Origin: Welwitschia mirabilis
Lineage: Eukaryota
Reading direction: 5' to 3'
DNA: 64,000 nucleotides
Assembly (NCBI GenBank): GCA_051453625.1
Contig: JBOZIK010000001.1
Location: 46,943,482-47,007,481 of the forward strand
Positions 1-12,719 of this stretch are shown in pieces (position 1 is the first letter of the stretch; each line of letters starts with the position of its first letter). Position numbers and translations under genes: made by a program. A model generated the notes under the pieces. That model saw nothing but the letters and a program-made list of their open reading frames with translations. It was not told where the DNA came from and did no database searches.

Positions 1-330
1 TTAACAAAGCCTTGTATGGGTTAAAACAAGCTCCTAGAGCTTGGTATGAGAAGTTGTCATCATTCTTGCTTCAACATGATTTTCCTAGAGGCTCCATGAA
101 TAGAACATTATTTTGAAAGGTTTTGAATAATGATTTAATTCTAATGCAAATCTATGTTAATGAAATTATTTTTGGATCAAAAAATAAAAGCTTGTCAAAT
201 GATTTTGCAAAACTCATGAGTTCTAAATTTGAAATGAGCATGGTTGGACCTATAAATATGTTTTTGTGTTTATAAATTTAGCAACACAAATATGGAATCT
301 TTATCAATAAAGAGAAATACTCCTTAGATT
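1..330 (+). pseudogene. Ty1/copia reverse transcriptase fragment (diverged second copy of 644-973)
   Basis: Translates as [22 protein letters not shown]...QIYVNEIIFGS, with stops; ends at a 100-N gap. Confidence 0.9.
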
Positions 331-430
331 NNNNNNNNNNNNNNNNNNNNNNNNNNNNNNNNNNNNNNNNNNNNNNNNNNNNNNNNNNNNNNNNNNNNNN
401 NNNNNNNNNNNNNNNNNNNNNNNNNNNNNN

Positions 431-1762
431 AAATAGAAGGAGTAGATTGTGGAGACACATTTGCTCCAGTTGCTAGGTTAAAAACAATCATGATGTTTCT
501 AATTTTTGCCTATTTCAAGAAAATGAAAGTCTTTCAAATGGATGTAAAAAGTGCATTGCGTAATGAAAATATTAAAAAAGAAGTATATGTTAAGCAACCT
601 CAAGGTTTGTCTAATCCTTACTAACCTAAATATATCTATAGACTTAAAAAAGCCTTATATGGGTTAAAAGAAGCTCCCAGAGCATGGTATGATAAGCTTT
701 CATCATTCTTACTTTAACATGGTTTTTCTAGAGGCTCTATTGATAGAACTTTGTTTAGAAAGATTTTAAATAATGATTTAATTTTAGTACAAATCTATGT
801 TGATGATATTATTTTTGGATCAATAAATAAAAACTTGTCAAATGATTTTGCAAAAATCATGAGTTCTAAATTTGAAATGAGCATGGTTGGACCTATTAAT
901 ATGTTTTTAGGTTTATAAATTTAGCAACACAAATAAGGAATCTTTATTAATCAAAAGAAATAATCTTTAGATTTAATTAAAAACTTTAAATTGGAAAATG
1001 CAAAGTGTATGGACTTTCTAATAAACACAAATGTTAAACTTTCTTTAGATGAACATGGTAAGGATGTGCATCAAAAGTTATATCATAGTATTATTAGAAT
1101 TCTATTATATCTAATGGCTAGTTGCCCAGATATAGCCTTTAGTATTGGTTTGTGTGCAAGGTAACAAAGAAAACATAAGGAATCACATCTTACAGCTATA
1201 AAGAGAATACTTTGCTATGTGAAAGATACTCTAGATTTTGGTTTATGGTTTTCAAATGATACTTCTTTAAGCTTAACAGGATATAGCGATGCAGATTGGG
1301 CTAGATGCAAAGATGATCGAAAGAGCACAAATGGTAGATGTTTCTTTTTTGAAAATTGTTTCACAGCCTAGTATAATAAGAAATAATGATCTATATTCTA
1401 CTGCTGAAGCTGAGTACATAGCCGCTGGATCATGTTGCACTTAGACCTTATAGATGAAAGAAACCTTGAAGGACTATGGGTTGAATATCACGGAAGTACC
1501 AATCCTTTGTAACAACTCAAGTGCAATCCAAATAGCTCATAACCCAATCTAATACATTCACATCAAGCACATCGATATCAGGTACCATTTTATTTGTGAA
1601 TTAGTAGAAAAGAAAATAATATCTTTAGAACATGTACGTATAAAAGATCAATTAGCTGATATATTTATTAAACCTTTATCTTCAAATCGATTTTCAACCC
1701 TTTACTATTTTCTAGGTATCAAGTCCGAAAAGGACTTACCCCAACTAACCTTATCTAAATAA
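431..1762 (+). pseudogene. pol: Ty1/copia (Sirevirus-like) pol: RT and RNase H, decayed
   Basis: Motifs [90 protein letters not shown]; many in-frame stops. Confidence 0.95.
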
Positions 1763-2299
1763 TAAAATTTAGTAGGGGTTTCAAATCTTCTCTTTTCCTA
1801 TATATTTGAATCCTACTCGATCTTATTACTAAGTATGGCAATCGTTTTTCTCTCAGATCTCATACTATTACTTTTTTCATTTACTGGGTCGATTATACAT
1901 TAAGTTGGGTCGATCGGAATAGTCCTAGTTTTTCATGAAAAATCCTATAGAAACTAGTTGATAGAATAGTTCATTTCGGTCAATCTCCCTTTGGCGCTTT
2001 TCCTAGTCACATCAAGTTAACCTCTCCTTTTGTTTAGATTTATCAAATTTTAGTAGGATTTTGACTGTAAAATTATCATCTTATAGGGTTGATCACTCAA
2101 TTAGTTGGGTCGACTGCTATCTTACTATTAGGTTTTTAAAATTTTACACAGGTCGACCGACTATTCAATCGATCACACGCGTTTAAGGTAGTGTGTTGTG
2201 GATTTTTAAAATCTACCCATCCTTTCTCTTATCTCATTTATTTTGTGCTTTTTCTATCATTTTTTAAGCTTGTGGGGGACCCTCTTCAATTTTTCTCAC

Positions 2300-3300
2300 A
2301 TGATTTCTCTCAGATCTGGGCATAAAATGACATCTTCTCAGTCAAGAGAGGGATCTAGGAAGAGAAGAAAGGAAGCTGTAGTTAAACCTCCTAGTTATGT
2401 ATTCTTTAGGATGAGTATTGAGCAGCTGAGACATTATGATAAGCATTTTAAGACCAGTCTTATTACGTTAGAGAGAACCTATGAACCAATGAAATTTCTC
2501 AGCCTCAGGGAGGTCAAGACTCTATTAGAAGAAGTGAACTGGGATTGTTTTCTTCACATTTTTGGCACGTGTTACCCATTGGTTACTATGTTATTCTACT
2601 CAAATGCCAAGTATGATGTATCTCAGTCTACTTTCATTATATCATTTTTGGCCAAGAAATACACATTATTGTAGATCTTATAGATTTCTTCACTGGCCTT
2701 CCAAGAGGGAACTGGGGTGAGTACTAGCCGATGGCAGAGTCATTTGAAGAGAAGGATGTAGCCACTTACCATGTGTGTGGCACACATATTACTTAGAAAA
2801 AGACACTCAAAGCTTCCCAATGTCTTCTAAGATTTTTTCTTCTACATCAGATCATGTCATACAACTTCATTCTAGTTGCCAGGCACAGAGATGAGCTCTA
2901 AAACTATCGGGTCTATCTCATGTATGTACTAGACTAGAGAAGAGACATAGATGCCCATGCCATTATGCTTAAACTTATGGTTCACTAGCTTCAGCCGCAT
3001 AAATCGTGTGCCCTACCTTATCCTTTCCTCATAACTCATATTTGTTGTTACTTTAACATTCCTCATCTCACCAGGTAGGAGAGTCAGAAGCCCATGGGGC
3101 CTATAGATCATGGCACGCTATCAAGGATGCATATTTTTAAAGAACCTGCCGCTCCTTCTAGGCCTAAGGTTAAGGCCTCTCAGACCCCAGAAATCCTCCA
3201 TCTTCTGCATTGTATTGATTCGCAAACTCATCACATTAAGGAGGCCCTGATTGCCAGTGGGATCCCAGTTGCTGACACATCTCAGTCTGAGGGTGCTTAG
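2300..3300 (+). pseudogene. env-like extra ORF of the Sirevirus element, decayed
   Basis: ORF-track pieces 2243-2674 and 3094-3300 are in the same region. MISLRSG start, CYPLVTMLFYSN and LPYPFLITHIC motifs resemble the plant retrotransposon env-like/'putative plant transposon protein' family. Lies between pol and the 3' LTR. Confidence 0.75.
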
Positions 3301-3387
3301 TCTTCTGAATCTTCAAAGTCCGACTGAGTCTTTGTGTGGTTTTATTTTGTCCTCTAGTCTTTTTATATCCTCCCTGTCCTTGATTTC

Positions 3388-3620
3388 ATCAAAAAGGAGG
3401 AGTAAAATTTATAACATCTTTGTCACTTCTTTGTATTGCAAATTGGTCAAAATATAACTTTCAAATGTAATGAAATTTTTGAGAAGAAGCTTATTTTTGT
3501 GGAATTTACTTCTTATACAAAACTCATTTAAATTTAATTGTTTTCAAAGTTAAATGAGTTAGGGGGAGAAGCCAGATGTCAAGTTATTATTTTTCCACAA
3601 TCAATGACAAAGGGGAAGTT
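3388..3620 (+). promoter_or_regulatory. Multiple polypurine tracts upstream of the 3' LTR
   Basis: CAAAAAGGAGGAG (~3390), TTAGGGGGAGAAG (~3559) and ATGACAAAGGGGAAGTT (3604-3620) directly before TGTTG. Confidence 0.8.
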
Positions 3621-4892
3621 TGTTGAGAACCCATTGTCATTGATTTATTTAATGAGTTTTTGTAAGTTATTTATTTGTGCAGGTAATTTCCAACACCAGG
3701 CAATCGACTTATAATATTAGGTGACTGAATGATCAAGAACTGCAATACTACTTCAAAAGTAAGTGGCTGCACATGAAATACAGAATGACTAAACTAAGAA
3801 AACATAAAGAAGACTAGTTCAGACATAGGAAACTACCATCCATACACGGACGACCACATTTCACTTAGTCAAATCAAATATAATAGCAGGACGAGTGACC
3901 GAACGTATTCCTATAAGCGACTACATCACACATAGTAAAATTCAACCTGATAGAAAGGCAGGTAACTGATAAGATTCATACGAGCGACCGCATGACATGT
4001 AGTAAGAATTTATCTAATAGCAATACAAGCGACCGACAATTTCTATACGGGCGACCACATGACAATCAGTAGAACATGAATCGGGTGACTTTAAGCTAAC
4101 TACATAAAATGAGATCGAGTAACCACATTCTACCAGGAATCTCCTCTTATAAGGTTGACTGGGTAAAAATGGTCAAAGCAACCTAATTAAGGGTGACTAA
4201 GTATTTTTCACAAGGGTGACCAAATTTGCACCATATCTTGAGAAATCTGTGATAAGCAAGGGTAACCGAACATTAGAATAAGGCAACCACAATTGCGGTC
4301 GACTGAATATAATGAAAGTTTGATTGTGCGATGGAAAAATATAATTGTTATGAACACAATAGTTTATTAGAAAAAGTAAAACAGTTCCTTGAAAAATTAC
4401 AATGGTTTATTTCTTCTTGAGGAAATAGTCACATATTATATCTTAAGTATAAAATCTCTCCTCTAACTAATAGAGGACACTGATACTAACTTGTCAAAAT
4501 CCAAGATTTAATAAGGATTGTTATACTTTCTCTTAGCACATCTGAACATTCTTCAAAGTTCATATTTCTTAAGAAGAAGATTGTTGTACCTTAGAGATCA
4601 CATCTATGCATTAGTGCATCCTTCTCTCTATCATACATTCTTGGCTGAGGATAGGTCATAAAATCCTCATTGGTTGTGAAAGGTTATTTAATGAGCCTAA
4701 AAACCATTCTTCTGAGTAAACATATGCCAGCTAGGACAAGGAATCTATAAAGCTAAAGGGTGGTTTCTATCCACCATTAAATACCTTATTTAGTATCTCT
4801 TTATCGTTATTATTTTTGCTGGTCGTGAACAATAAGAAGATAGAACTTAAAAGACCTATTCACCCCCCTCTAGGGTCAATCCTTCACTTTTA
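3621..4892 (+). repeat. 3' LTR of the Sirevirus element (~1.27 kb)
   Basis: Starts TGTTG after the PPT, carries repeated GCGACC/GGTCGAC motifs, ends after CCTATTCACCCCCCTCTAGG; 3' end uncertain by a few bases. Confidence 0.8.
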
Positions 4893-7632
4893 GTACTTTA
4901 TGAGTTTTTACATATTATCATGCATTTTTCATCAAATGATTTTATGATTTCTCTTATGGAAATTTCTTAGGTTATAATTTAAGCTAATTAAACAATCTTA
5001 TGTATGTTTCTAGTTGTTCATTATTTTACTTTTGTTTTTATTTAGCTATTTTGTTGTGTTTTTTTTTAAAGTCATCTTCATACTTTTTTAACATAATATT
5101 TTAGATCCAATCATTTAGTAGTTTCTTACTAATATTACTCATAGTTTTTATCCATGAGAATTATTTTTTTATGGATGATGATGAAACTTTATCTTTTGAG
5201 TTTTTCTCCTACGTTTACATGCTTATTAAGTTTGAGTACATTTGAGGATTCTTCTAAGCCTTGCTTCTTTCTACTGGTACATTATTATGATTCTATTCTT
5301 TTTTCCTTGAGTCCTTTTCACATAAGCCTCTTTTCATCCTGATCATTATTTTTAAAGATGATTCTTCACTTCTAACCATTCTTCTTATTTTCTACTAATT
5401 TTATAATGCTTGATTGTTATTACTTTATTTTTCAGACTTTTTTTCTCTTTCCTATCTTTCAAAACTCTCATTTTATGAGTGTCGTTCCATGGATTTTGTT
5501 CCCATGGTAGAGAGGATGATAGTATTATTTTTAGTTCTATTGTAATCCAGGACATCTTGATTTACCTGTGGAGGAAGCAAGACATCTTTTTAAGCTACTT
5601 CTGAGATATTGAGTGAGAATTTTAATTTTAAAGAATCATCTTTGAGATTTTATAATACATACTTATGATGAGATTGTTTGGATATGATTTCATATTACTT
5701 GAATAATTTTTCATTACAGACATTATCTAGAAAAATCACAGTAGCACAATTACATAGTTTTCTTACAACTATAATTTAGAACATCTAAAACATCATGGAT
5801 AAGGGAAATAATGTTATTATTATTTTTGTATTTTACCCCGTGTAGAATATATTTAAAACTCACTAATGGATTTGTATACATCATTTTGAGTTATTACTAC
5901 TTAGTTTATACACATTAGTTTTAGTTTCACTATCTCAAATTATGCAAAACATCATCATTTTTCAAAGATATCATTGTTATATCTATTAATTTTTCATGTA
6001 TAATATTCATTTGTTATATTGCAATGTGTTGAGCATTTTAAGTATAATACTAATAAAGATGTCAGTACTTATATTTCTCTAATAGTCATGTTATAGGCAT
6101 CTAACTTTTATTCTAATTTTAGAAGTTCTTTCATCCCCATTGTCATCCACATGATAAGTAAGACGACATATCTATTATACATCCTAGTCAGGTATTATAT
6201 CAGTTAATTAGTTTTTAATGTTTATTCCTATATGGTATATATTCTTGAACTTAATTTACATTTTTTTCCTAGTTGTCGGTTATCTTTATTCAAATTGATT
6301 TTTAATATGGTTGATTACTTACTTTATCAGGAACTAACAAGACTAAGTAGAAGGCTATGTTGCAATTCCAATTTATAGGATTTTGATGGTATATTTTGAG
6401 TACTTTTGAAGGACATTTATAGAGTTTAGATGTAACTTTAATGATTATGGAGAATTGATGGAATGATCACTAAAACATGCAATTCTTGGCATATTTGTAG
6501 AAATCTTAGGCTTATTCTGATATTTTATGCCTTAAAGGAAATATTAATAATGTAGAAGATTGATTTGTCTTAAGCTAAAAAGATAAAGAATCCTGTCATC
6601 CCCTCTGTCATTCACACGATAATTATGATGATACTACTACTAACATGGATTAAATCTATAGATTTTACTATGGGTTTTGATGCTGATGGATTACCTCTTC
6701 TTATGGGTTATCATCCCTAATGTTATCCCCATGACAATTAGGATGATAACTATTTTGTATAAACAAAAAGGATTATCTTTGTAATGAGGTCATGTATCCC
6801 ATATGTGTTACAAGGATTTCTTCTCTGATTTTTAGGGTTTTACTTCTATAACTTCAATGTAAAACTATAAATATTCTTCTAGAACTTTAATGTAAAACTA
6901 TAAATACATCCATTTGCCTTTAGTTCTATTTGCATCTTTTGTACCAGATATTCTTGTGATGGAATATTAAAGGACAAGAGGTCCATTTATTATCTACATA
7001 GAGAAGATTTCCTTGGTATTATTTTGAGTATCCTCCATTGAGGTGCTGCTATTTTCTTATAAGTGGATGTTAAATTAATGTTTTATTTAAGAACTTTTTT
7101 TACTTCTAACATGTGAATGTTCCTTATGGTTTAAGTTAATTATGATTTGGTGATAGCTTCATTGTTTATCTAGATCATAAGAATAACCTTTGTTAAGGTT
7201 AACATTATTAGTTTAAATATTATATTGCATTTCATTTTATTCCATTTTCAGACTTGCATTTATTCATATTCTAGTTGATCTATCTTATAACCTATGTTGG
7301 TTAGAAATAAGTGATAACTCTTCTTGATTGATTTAAGTTATAAGAACTAATATTAATGATAGGAAGATTAATAGTCAAATAAATTCATCATTCATCCATT
7401 TACATTTCATCATTATTCATCTTGCATTACATTTACATTATTATTTATTTACTAAAGGAAAAGATTAAAAATACTTTGTAAAATCAATTCTCCAACTTCT
7501 AGCCTAATGCTTTCAATGGATTATGACATTTGGGTTGAATCCCTTCTATACTAGTATTTGTTTTTCTGCAAGTATTATGATTTATAAGTTTTACCTAAGG
7601 ACTTAAATATTGCAAAAATTCACACTACAATA
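4893..7632 (+). mobile_element. 3' part of a non-autonomous Athila-like element (non-coding 3' region, PPT and LTR)
   Basis: Reverse-complement homologue of ~9314-12180; PPT-like TAAGTAGAAGGCTA precedes TGTTGCA at 6358. Confidence 0.8.
6358..7632 (+). repeat. Athila-like LTR, family A (~1.27 kb)
   Basis: Termini TGTTGCA...TACAATA (decayed TGCAACA); homologous to 9314-10615, 17017-18317, 44152-45356 and 63589-64000. Confidence 0.85.
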
Positions 7633-9313
7633 AGCCCCATTGGACTAATACTTAATGCAGAATCAGCAAAACAAGGCTTTGACTCCATTTATTTTATTAG
7701 GATTGGCTTCAACTCCATCTAGTTCTTCTCTAACTCTAGTGGAATTTAAAAGCTCATATTCTAGAATTTGATTTAGATCCAGTATTTTGGATCCCTCTAT
7801 TTTTGCATTGCATGATTTATTATAAATAAAAAATTAATCTATGTAAAAACATAAATTAAAAAAGAGAAAAGGTAGTAAGGACATGAAAGAAAGGTGTATT
7901 TGTAGATAAAAATAGAGATATAGGTCTGTATTTTATAAAGAACATTTAATAGGCCTATAACATCTTACTACCCTTGAACTTGCAGCAATATAAAGTAACT
8001 TATAATCCTTGAGATAGAGAAGAGAATCAAAGAGTTGCAATCCAATAATAAAAATCAACAGGTTTGCAATAGCTCACTGTTGAGACAACCATTTCTAAAC
8101 CAACATTACTTTATCAAAGAAAGGAATGTGGACATAAGGAAGAGAGTGAAAACTTGCATAGTTTACACTACGTAACTGCATGATGCCTTGAAACAACAAT
8201 CACAAACAAGGAGATATAAATGTATCATATTAGTTCCTATATTTTTCCATTACCCATCCACATCCACCTTTAACATTTTCTATTTCAATTCATTCTATAA
8301 ATGTAGTATGCATTTCAAATTAATAATATTTTTATTGCTTCTTTTATTTAGCTATTTTGGGCATGCTGAATTATTCACAATACAACAATTTCATTAGAAA
8401 ATTGAAGTATCATTTAATCTTTCTTTTCTTCTATTTTTAAACTTGATTTATATGTCTATCATTTAGTCAATTACAAAAAGAAGTTTCCTTAAGATTTCAT
8501 TATCTAAGTTAAAACAATTTGCTCTTAGGTTAAGTTATATATTTATCTTTAAACTATTTTAAATTTTGTGTGTGGGTGATTAGGATTTCATTGTTCATTT
8601 AGGTTTTCTTAAAACCAATAATTGGTATTAAAACCAAGTTATAGAAATCATGTTTTAGGATGTGGATAGGCAATAATAGACGGCAACTAGAAAACATAGG
8701 AAAATTTATCACTTGATCAAGATCAAAATCATAAAACCACAAGGTTAGGAAATCACATCTAAGAAAACAAAATGGGTAGAGGTATGATTTCTGATTTTAA
8801 TCTAGAAAACTATGACATTTAAAAGGTTAGGATAAAATGATATCTCAAATCACAAGATTGTGAAATAAAATGAAAATAGATTTTAATCTAATTCCATATC
8901 TAATCACAAATAAGGATACAAAGGAATATGAAAGAATTAAATTAGATGATAGTAATGAAATGATGATCATCACACAAGCATGCCAAATTTTGAGTTAAAA
9001 AGATTCAACATTACATGAGTGCAAACTTTGGGAATGGTTTAAATATTATCTATAAGGATTAAAAAAAGGCTAAGGAGGTAAAACTACAATATTGAAGGGT
9101 ACAACTCAAAAACATAAAAATGAAAAAAACGAGGAAGCCCAAGAATACATATAATGAATTTAAAACATTATAAAGGAAATTAAGCATTGAGGAAAAATAT
9201 TCTCATAAAAAGATAAGGTGTTAAAAATTTTGAGAACTTTAACTTAAACCTATGATTAAATTATGGTTATAATAAAAAACTTTATAGATTCGAAGATTCT
9301 TATGATTGATGAG
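7633..9313 (+). mobile_element. 5' part of a Ty1/copia element: LTR (ends 8620), PBS and decayed gag
   Basis: LTR end AAAACCAATA at 8620, then a decayed iMet PBS. gag ends KILRTLT*TYD*IMVIIKNFIDSKILMIDE, like copia gag KILRSL...TIDE, and is cut by the insertion at 9314. LTR start not resolved. Confidence 0.7.
8623..8635 (+). promoter_or_regulatory. Primer binding site (tRNA-iMet type, decayed)
   Basis: TGGTATTAAAACC vs canonical TGGTATCAGAGCC, 2 nt after the LTR end. Confidence 0.7.
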
Positions 9314-10615
9314 TGTTGCAGTGCATAATTTTGCAATCCTTTATGTCTTACTGAATCTTATTAATGACAAATAGGTATATTCCAAAATACAACACACTAA
9401 TATAGACGGGAGTGACTCAAATGTTGTAAACTCATTGAAGGCATGTGAGAGAAGAAGGAGAGTTAATTTCTAGAGAAATATTATATTCTATTAAACTTTA
9501 ATGTAATGATATAAGAAAATAAACACATGATGTAATGTAAATGCGACTTTATCTAGATGAACACCTATCCAATTACCAAATGAGCTTATCAAGAAGATTG
9601 ATCTTATATAACCTAAATTAGCTAGGAAGACTATCACTAATTGGGACTAATTTAAGATATCAAGTAAGTCAAATAAAGTATAATGCAAAATGCTCCTAAA
9701 CTAATATTGTCAACCTTAATAAAGCTTGCTCTTATGACTATATCATTAATAAAACTGTCACCAAATCAAGAACAACATAAACCATGAGGGATATTAAAAA
9801 GTATTAATAAACCAAAAAAAAGGGTTTTTATTATAGAACCAGCAACCAAGTTATAAAGCAGCTGCATCTCAATGGAGGATGCATAGTCCAACACTAAGGA
9901 AGACCTCTCTGCAACTACTCAGGATGGATTTCCTGCTCTTTGATCTCTTATCATGATAATTTCTAATGCATCAAAGATAATAGAAGGATTAAAGGAAAGT
10001 TTTATTTATGCAATAAGGAAAGAATAACCATCACTTAAGGTGTAATGATCATGCTAGAAAACACACTCAATCCTAAAAATAAATGGATGAAATAGATAAA
10101 AGTTGGCTAGCCATTTCAGTGTCATCCTAACTATCATGGGGATGACACTAGGGATGACACCTCATAATAATGGATGACTCATTAGGTTATAGCTCCACAT
10201 TTAGCCTTGTAGTTAGCTTCATGTGTGTTATTATCCTGAATGTCTGCAGATGACATTGGGGATGATACCTCTTTAAAAGAAAGAACTCATTAGCTCCTAG
10301 TTCTAGTCCATGTCAGTATTTGAAATAGTTGCTAAAGTGCTATCCTCTTTCCTGTGTGGGGATGACAATGGGGATGATAGTCTTTCTTATCTTTTAAGCT
10401 TAAGAGAAATCAGCTTTTTGCATCATTGATCTTCCTCCAAATCATTGAGTATTAGAATATGCCTAAAATGCCTTCAAATATGCCAATAATTCCGTGTTTC
10501 CATGATCATCCCATCGACTCTCTATAATCATCTGAATTGCATCTAAACCTTTATAAATGACTTGTAAAATAACTCATAATACCCCATTAAATACACATAA
10601 TTTGGTAGTGCATAA
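9314..10615 (-). repeat. 3' LTR, family A
   Basis: TGTTGCAGTGC...GTAGTGCATAA; colinear with 17017-18317. Confidence 0.9.
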
Positions 10616-12719
10616 TAACCTCTTACTTAACCTTGTTAGTCCCTAATAAAACCAGGTGAACAACTACAATTATGAGCCAAATTATCTAGGATAAACAGTA
10701 ATTAGAGAAAATGTAAATTGAGTTCATAAATACTTACTAAACAAGAATAAACATCAAAAACTAATTAAATAATATAATACCTTTTTAGAATGCATAATAG
10801 ATATGTCATATTATTTGTCATCTAGATGACAATGGGGATGATAGGCTTGGAAAATCAAAATGAAAGTCAGATGTCTACAAACATGGTCATGAGAAAAATA
10901 CAAGTGCTTACATCTTCATTAGCCTCCTACTTAAACCATTTAACACATCACAATATGATAATTGAATGTTATACACAATAATCATTATAAGATGTAAAAA
11001 GGATAGCTTTAGAAAATGATGATGTATATGCATAATTAGGAATAGTGATACTCAAAATGATGTATATAAACTAAGTAGTGGTAACTCAAACTGATGTATA
11101 AAAATCCATAATTGAGTTTTAAATACAATATACAAGGGAAAAATTTAAACAATAATCATAATATTACTTTCCTTGTTCATGATTTCTTGATATCCTAGAT
11201 CACACATGCAAGAATGTTTTGTAATTGTGCTATTGTGTCCTACTACATAATATCCATGATGCATATCGCACAATTAATATGAAATTATAAATGAACCATT
11301 GCATCATGTACATGTATCATGAAAGCTCAAAATGATCCTCATAAAAAAATTTTGCTTAAATGTCTTCAATATTTTATTGAAATTGGTCTTGCTTCCCTCC
11401 CCTCCTCCCTAGATAGAAGAATCAATACATCGTGTATTGTAGTAAGTTAAGAGGATCTATGTCATCCACCTAATCATCTAGATGACATACATGGGATAAC
11501 ACTCCAAAAAATAAGGATTTGAAAAAATAGTAAATTCCAAGTAGAATTAAATAATCAAAAATAGTAAAAGTGAAGCCATAGAAAGTCATCATAAATTCTA
11601 AAAGATAGGTAAAATCTAAGAATCATCATCCAAGGAATCATGGTAAAGGAGTAGAAAATAGGAAAAGGTCAAGACAATAGAAAATGATCAAGCCATGACA
11701 AAGCACCAAAGAGATAGAATTAATACTAAATAAAATCCTCAAAGTTTTCTAAACTTGATAAGCATTCAAGATTTTGTAATTAGATGTATGAAAAATTAAA
11801 AGAAAAGAAATGAAAAAAAACATTAGCATAAAATGAAAGGAACACATCAATTAAAGTGAAAGGAATGCATCAATCAAGTTGCTAAAAGGAAAAAAAGAAA
11901 AAAAAACCATATGGATAAAAACTATGAGTAAAAGTAAAAAAGATAACTAGAAAACTACCAAATGATAAAGTCTTAATTATTAAGTGAAAAAAGATACATG
12001 AATGACTTTAAAGATTCCAAACAAAATAACTAAAAAAAACATAATAAAAATGAATAGCTAGGAACATGAAAAAGATTTTTTACCTATACAAAATTCCAAC
12101 CTAGTAAAGTCCCTTAGTAGAAATTATAAAATTACCTAATTAATAATACATTACATAATGTGAAAAACTTCAAAAAGTATCACATGAATGGACAATAATT
12201 ATAACGACGTCAAGTATATCTAATGTTATCAATCAATAATTATAAGATCAAAAGCTAATCAAAAATAAACTCACTTACGCATATTCCAAAACAACACTAG
12301 AATCTAAAAAAGTAAAATGATCATGTAGAAGTACTATATGCAAAAGGAGTCTAGAAAGTCTAGAAAATAAGCAATGCCTCTAATGACACTAGGGACATTA
12401 CTAATATCATAGGCTTTAAGTAAAAGTTATCTTTCCATGATAAGGGGAGTATAACCACTGTCATAGGAGTAAGAACTCACATAGAATGGCCAACGAACCC
12501 CCAGTGGAGTTTCCACAGCTCCATATTATATTACTAAAGGATCTTCTTGAGGAAATTTGCCCTAGGACGCTTATGGTAAGACATCACAATAACCATGTTT
12601 CTAGTTCATATACAAAAGATCATTGTCACTATTTATTTCTTTATTTTCTTTTTTTTTAAAAACACATTTTACATGATCAAATACTCATAATAATAAAGAT
12701 GAAGTAATGAGATGAAAAT

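Larger units (their letters stand above)
1..4892 (+). mobile_element. 3' half of a Sirevirus (SIRE/Maximus) Ty1/copia LTR retrotransposon
   Basis: Copia RT-RH, then an extra sense ORF, several purine tracts, and an LTR starting TGTTG and ending near ATTCACCCCCCTCTAG, a Sirevirus-type U5 end. Confidence 0.85.
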
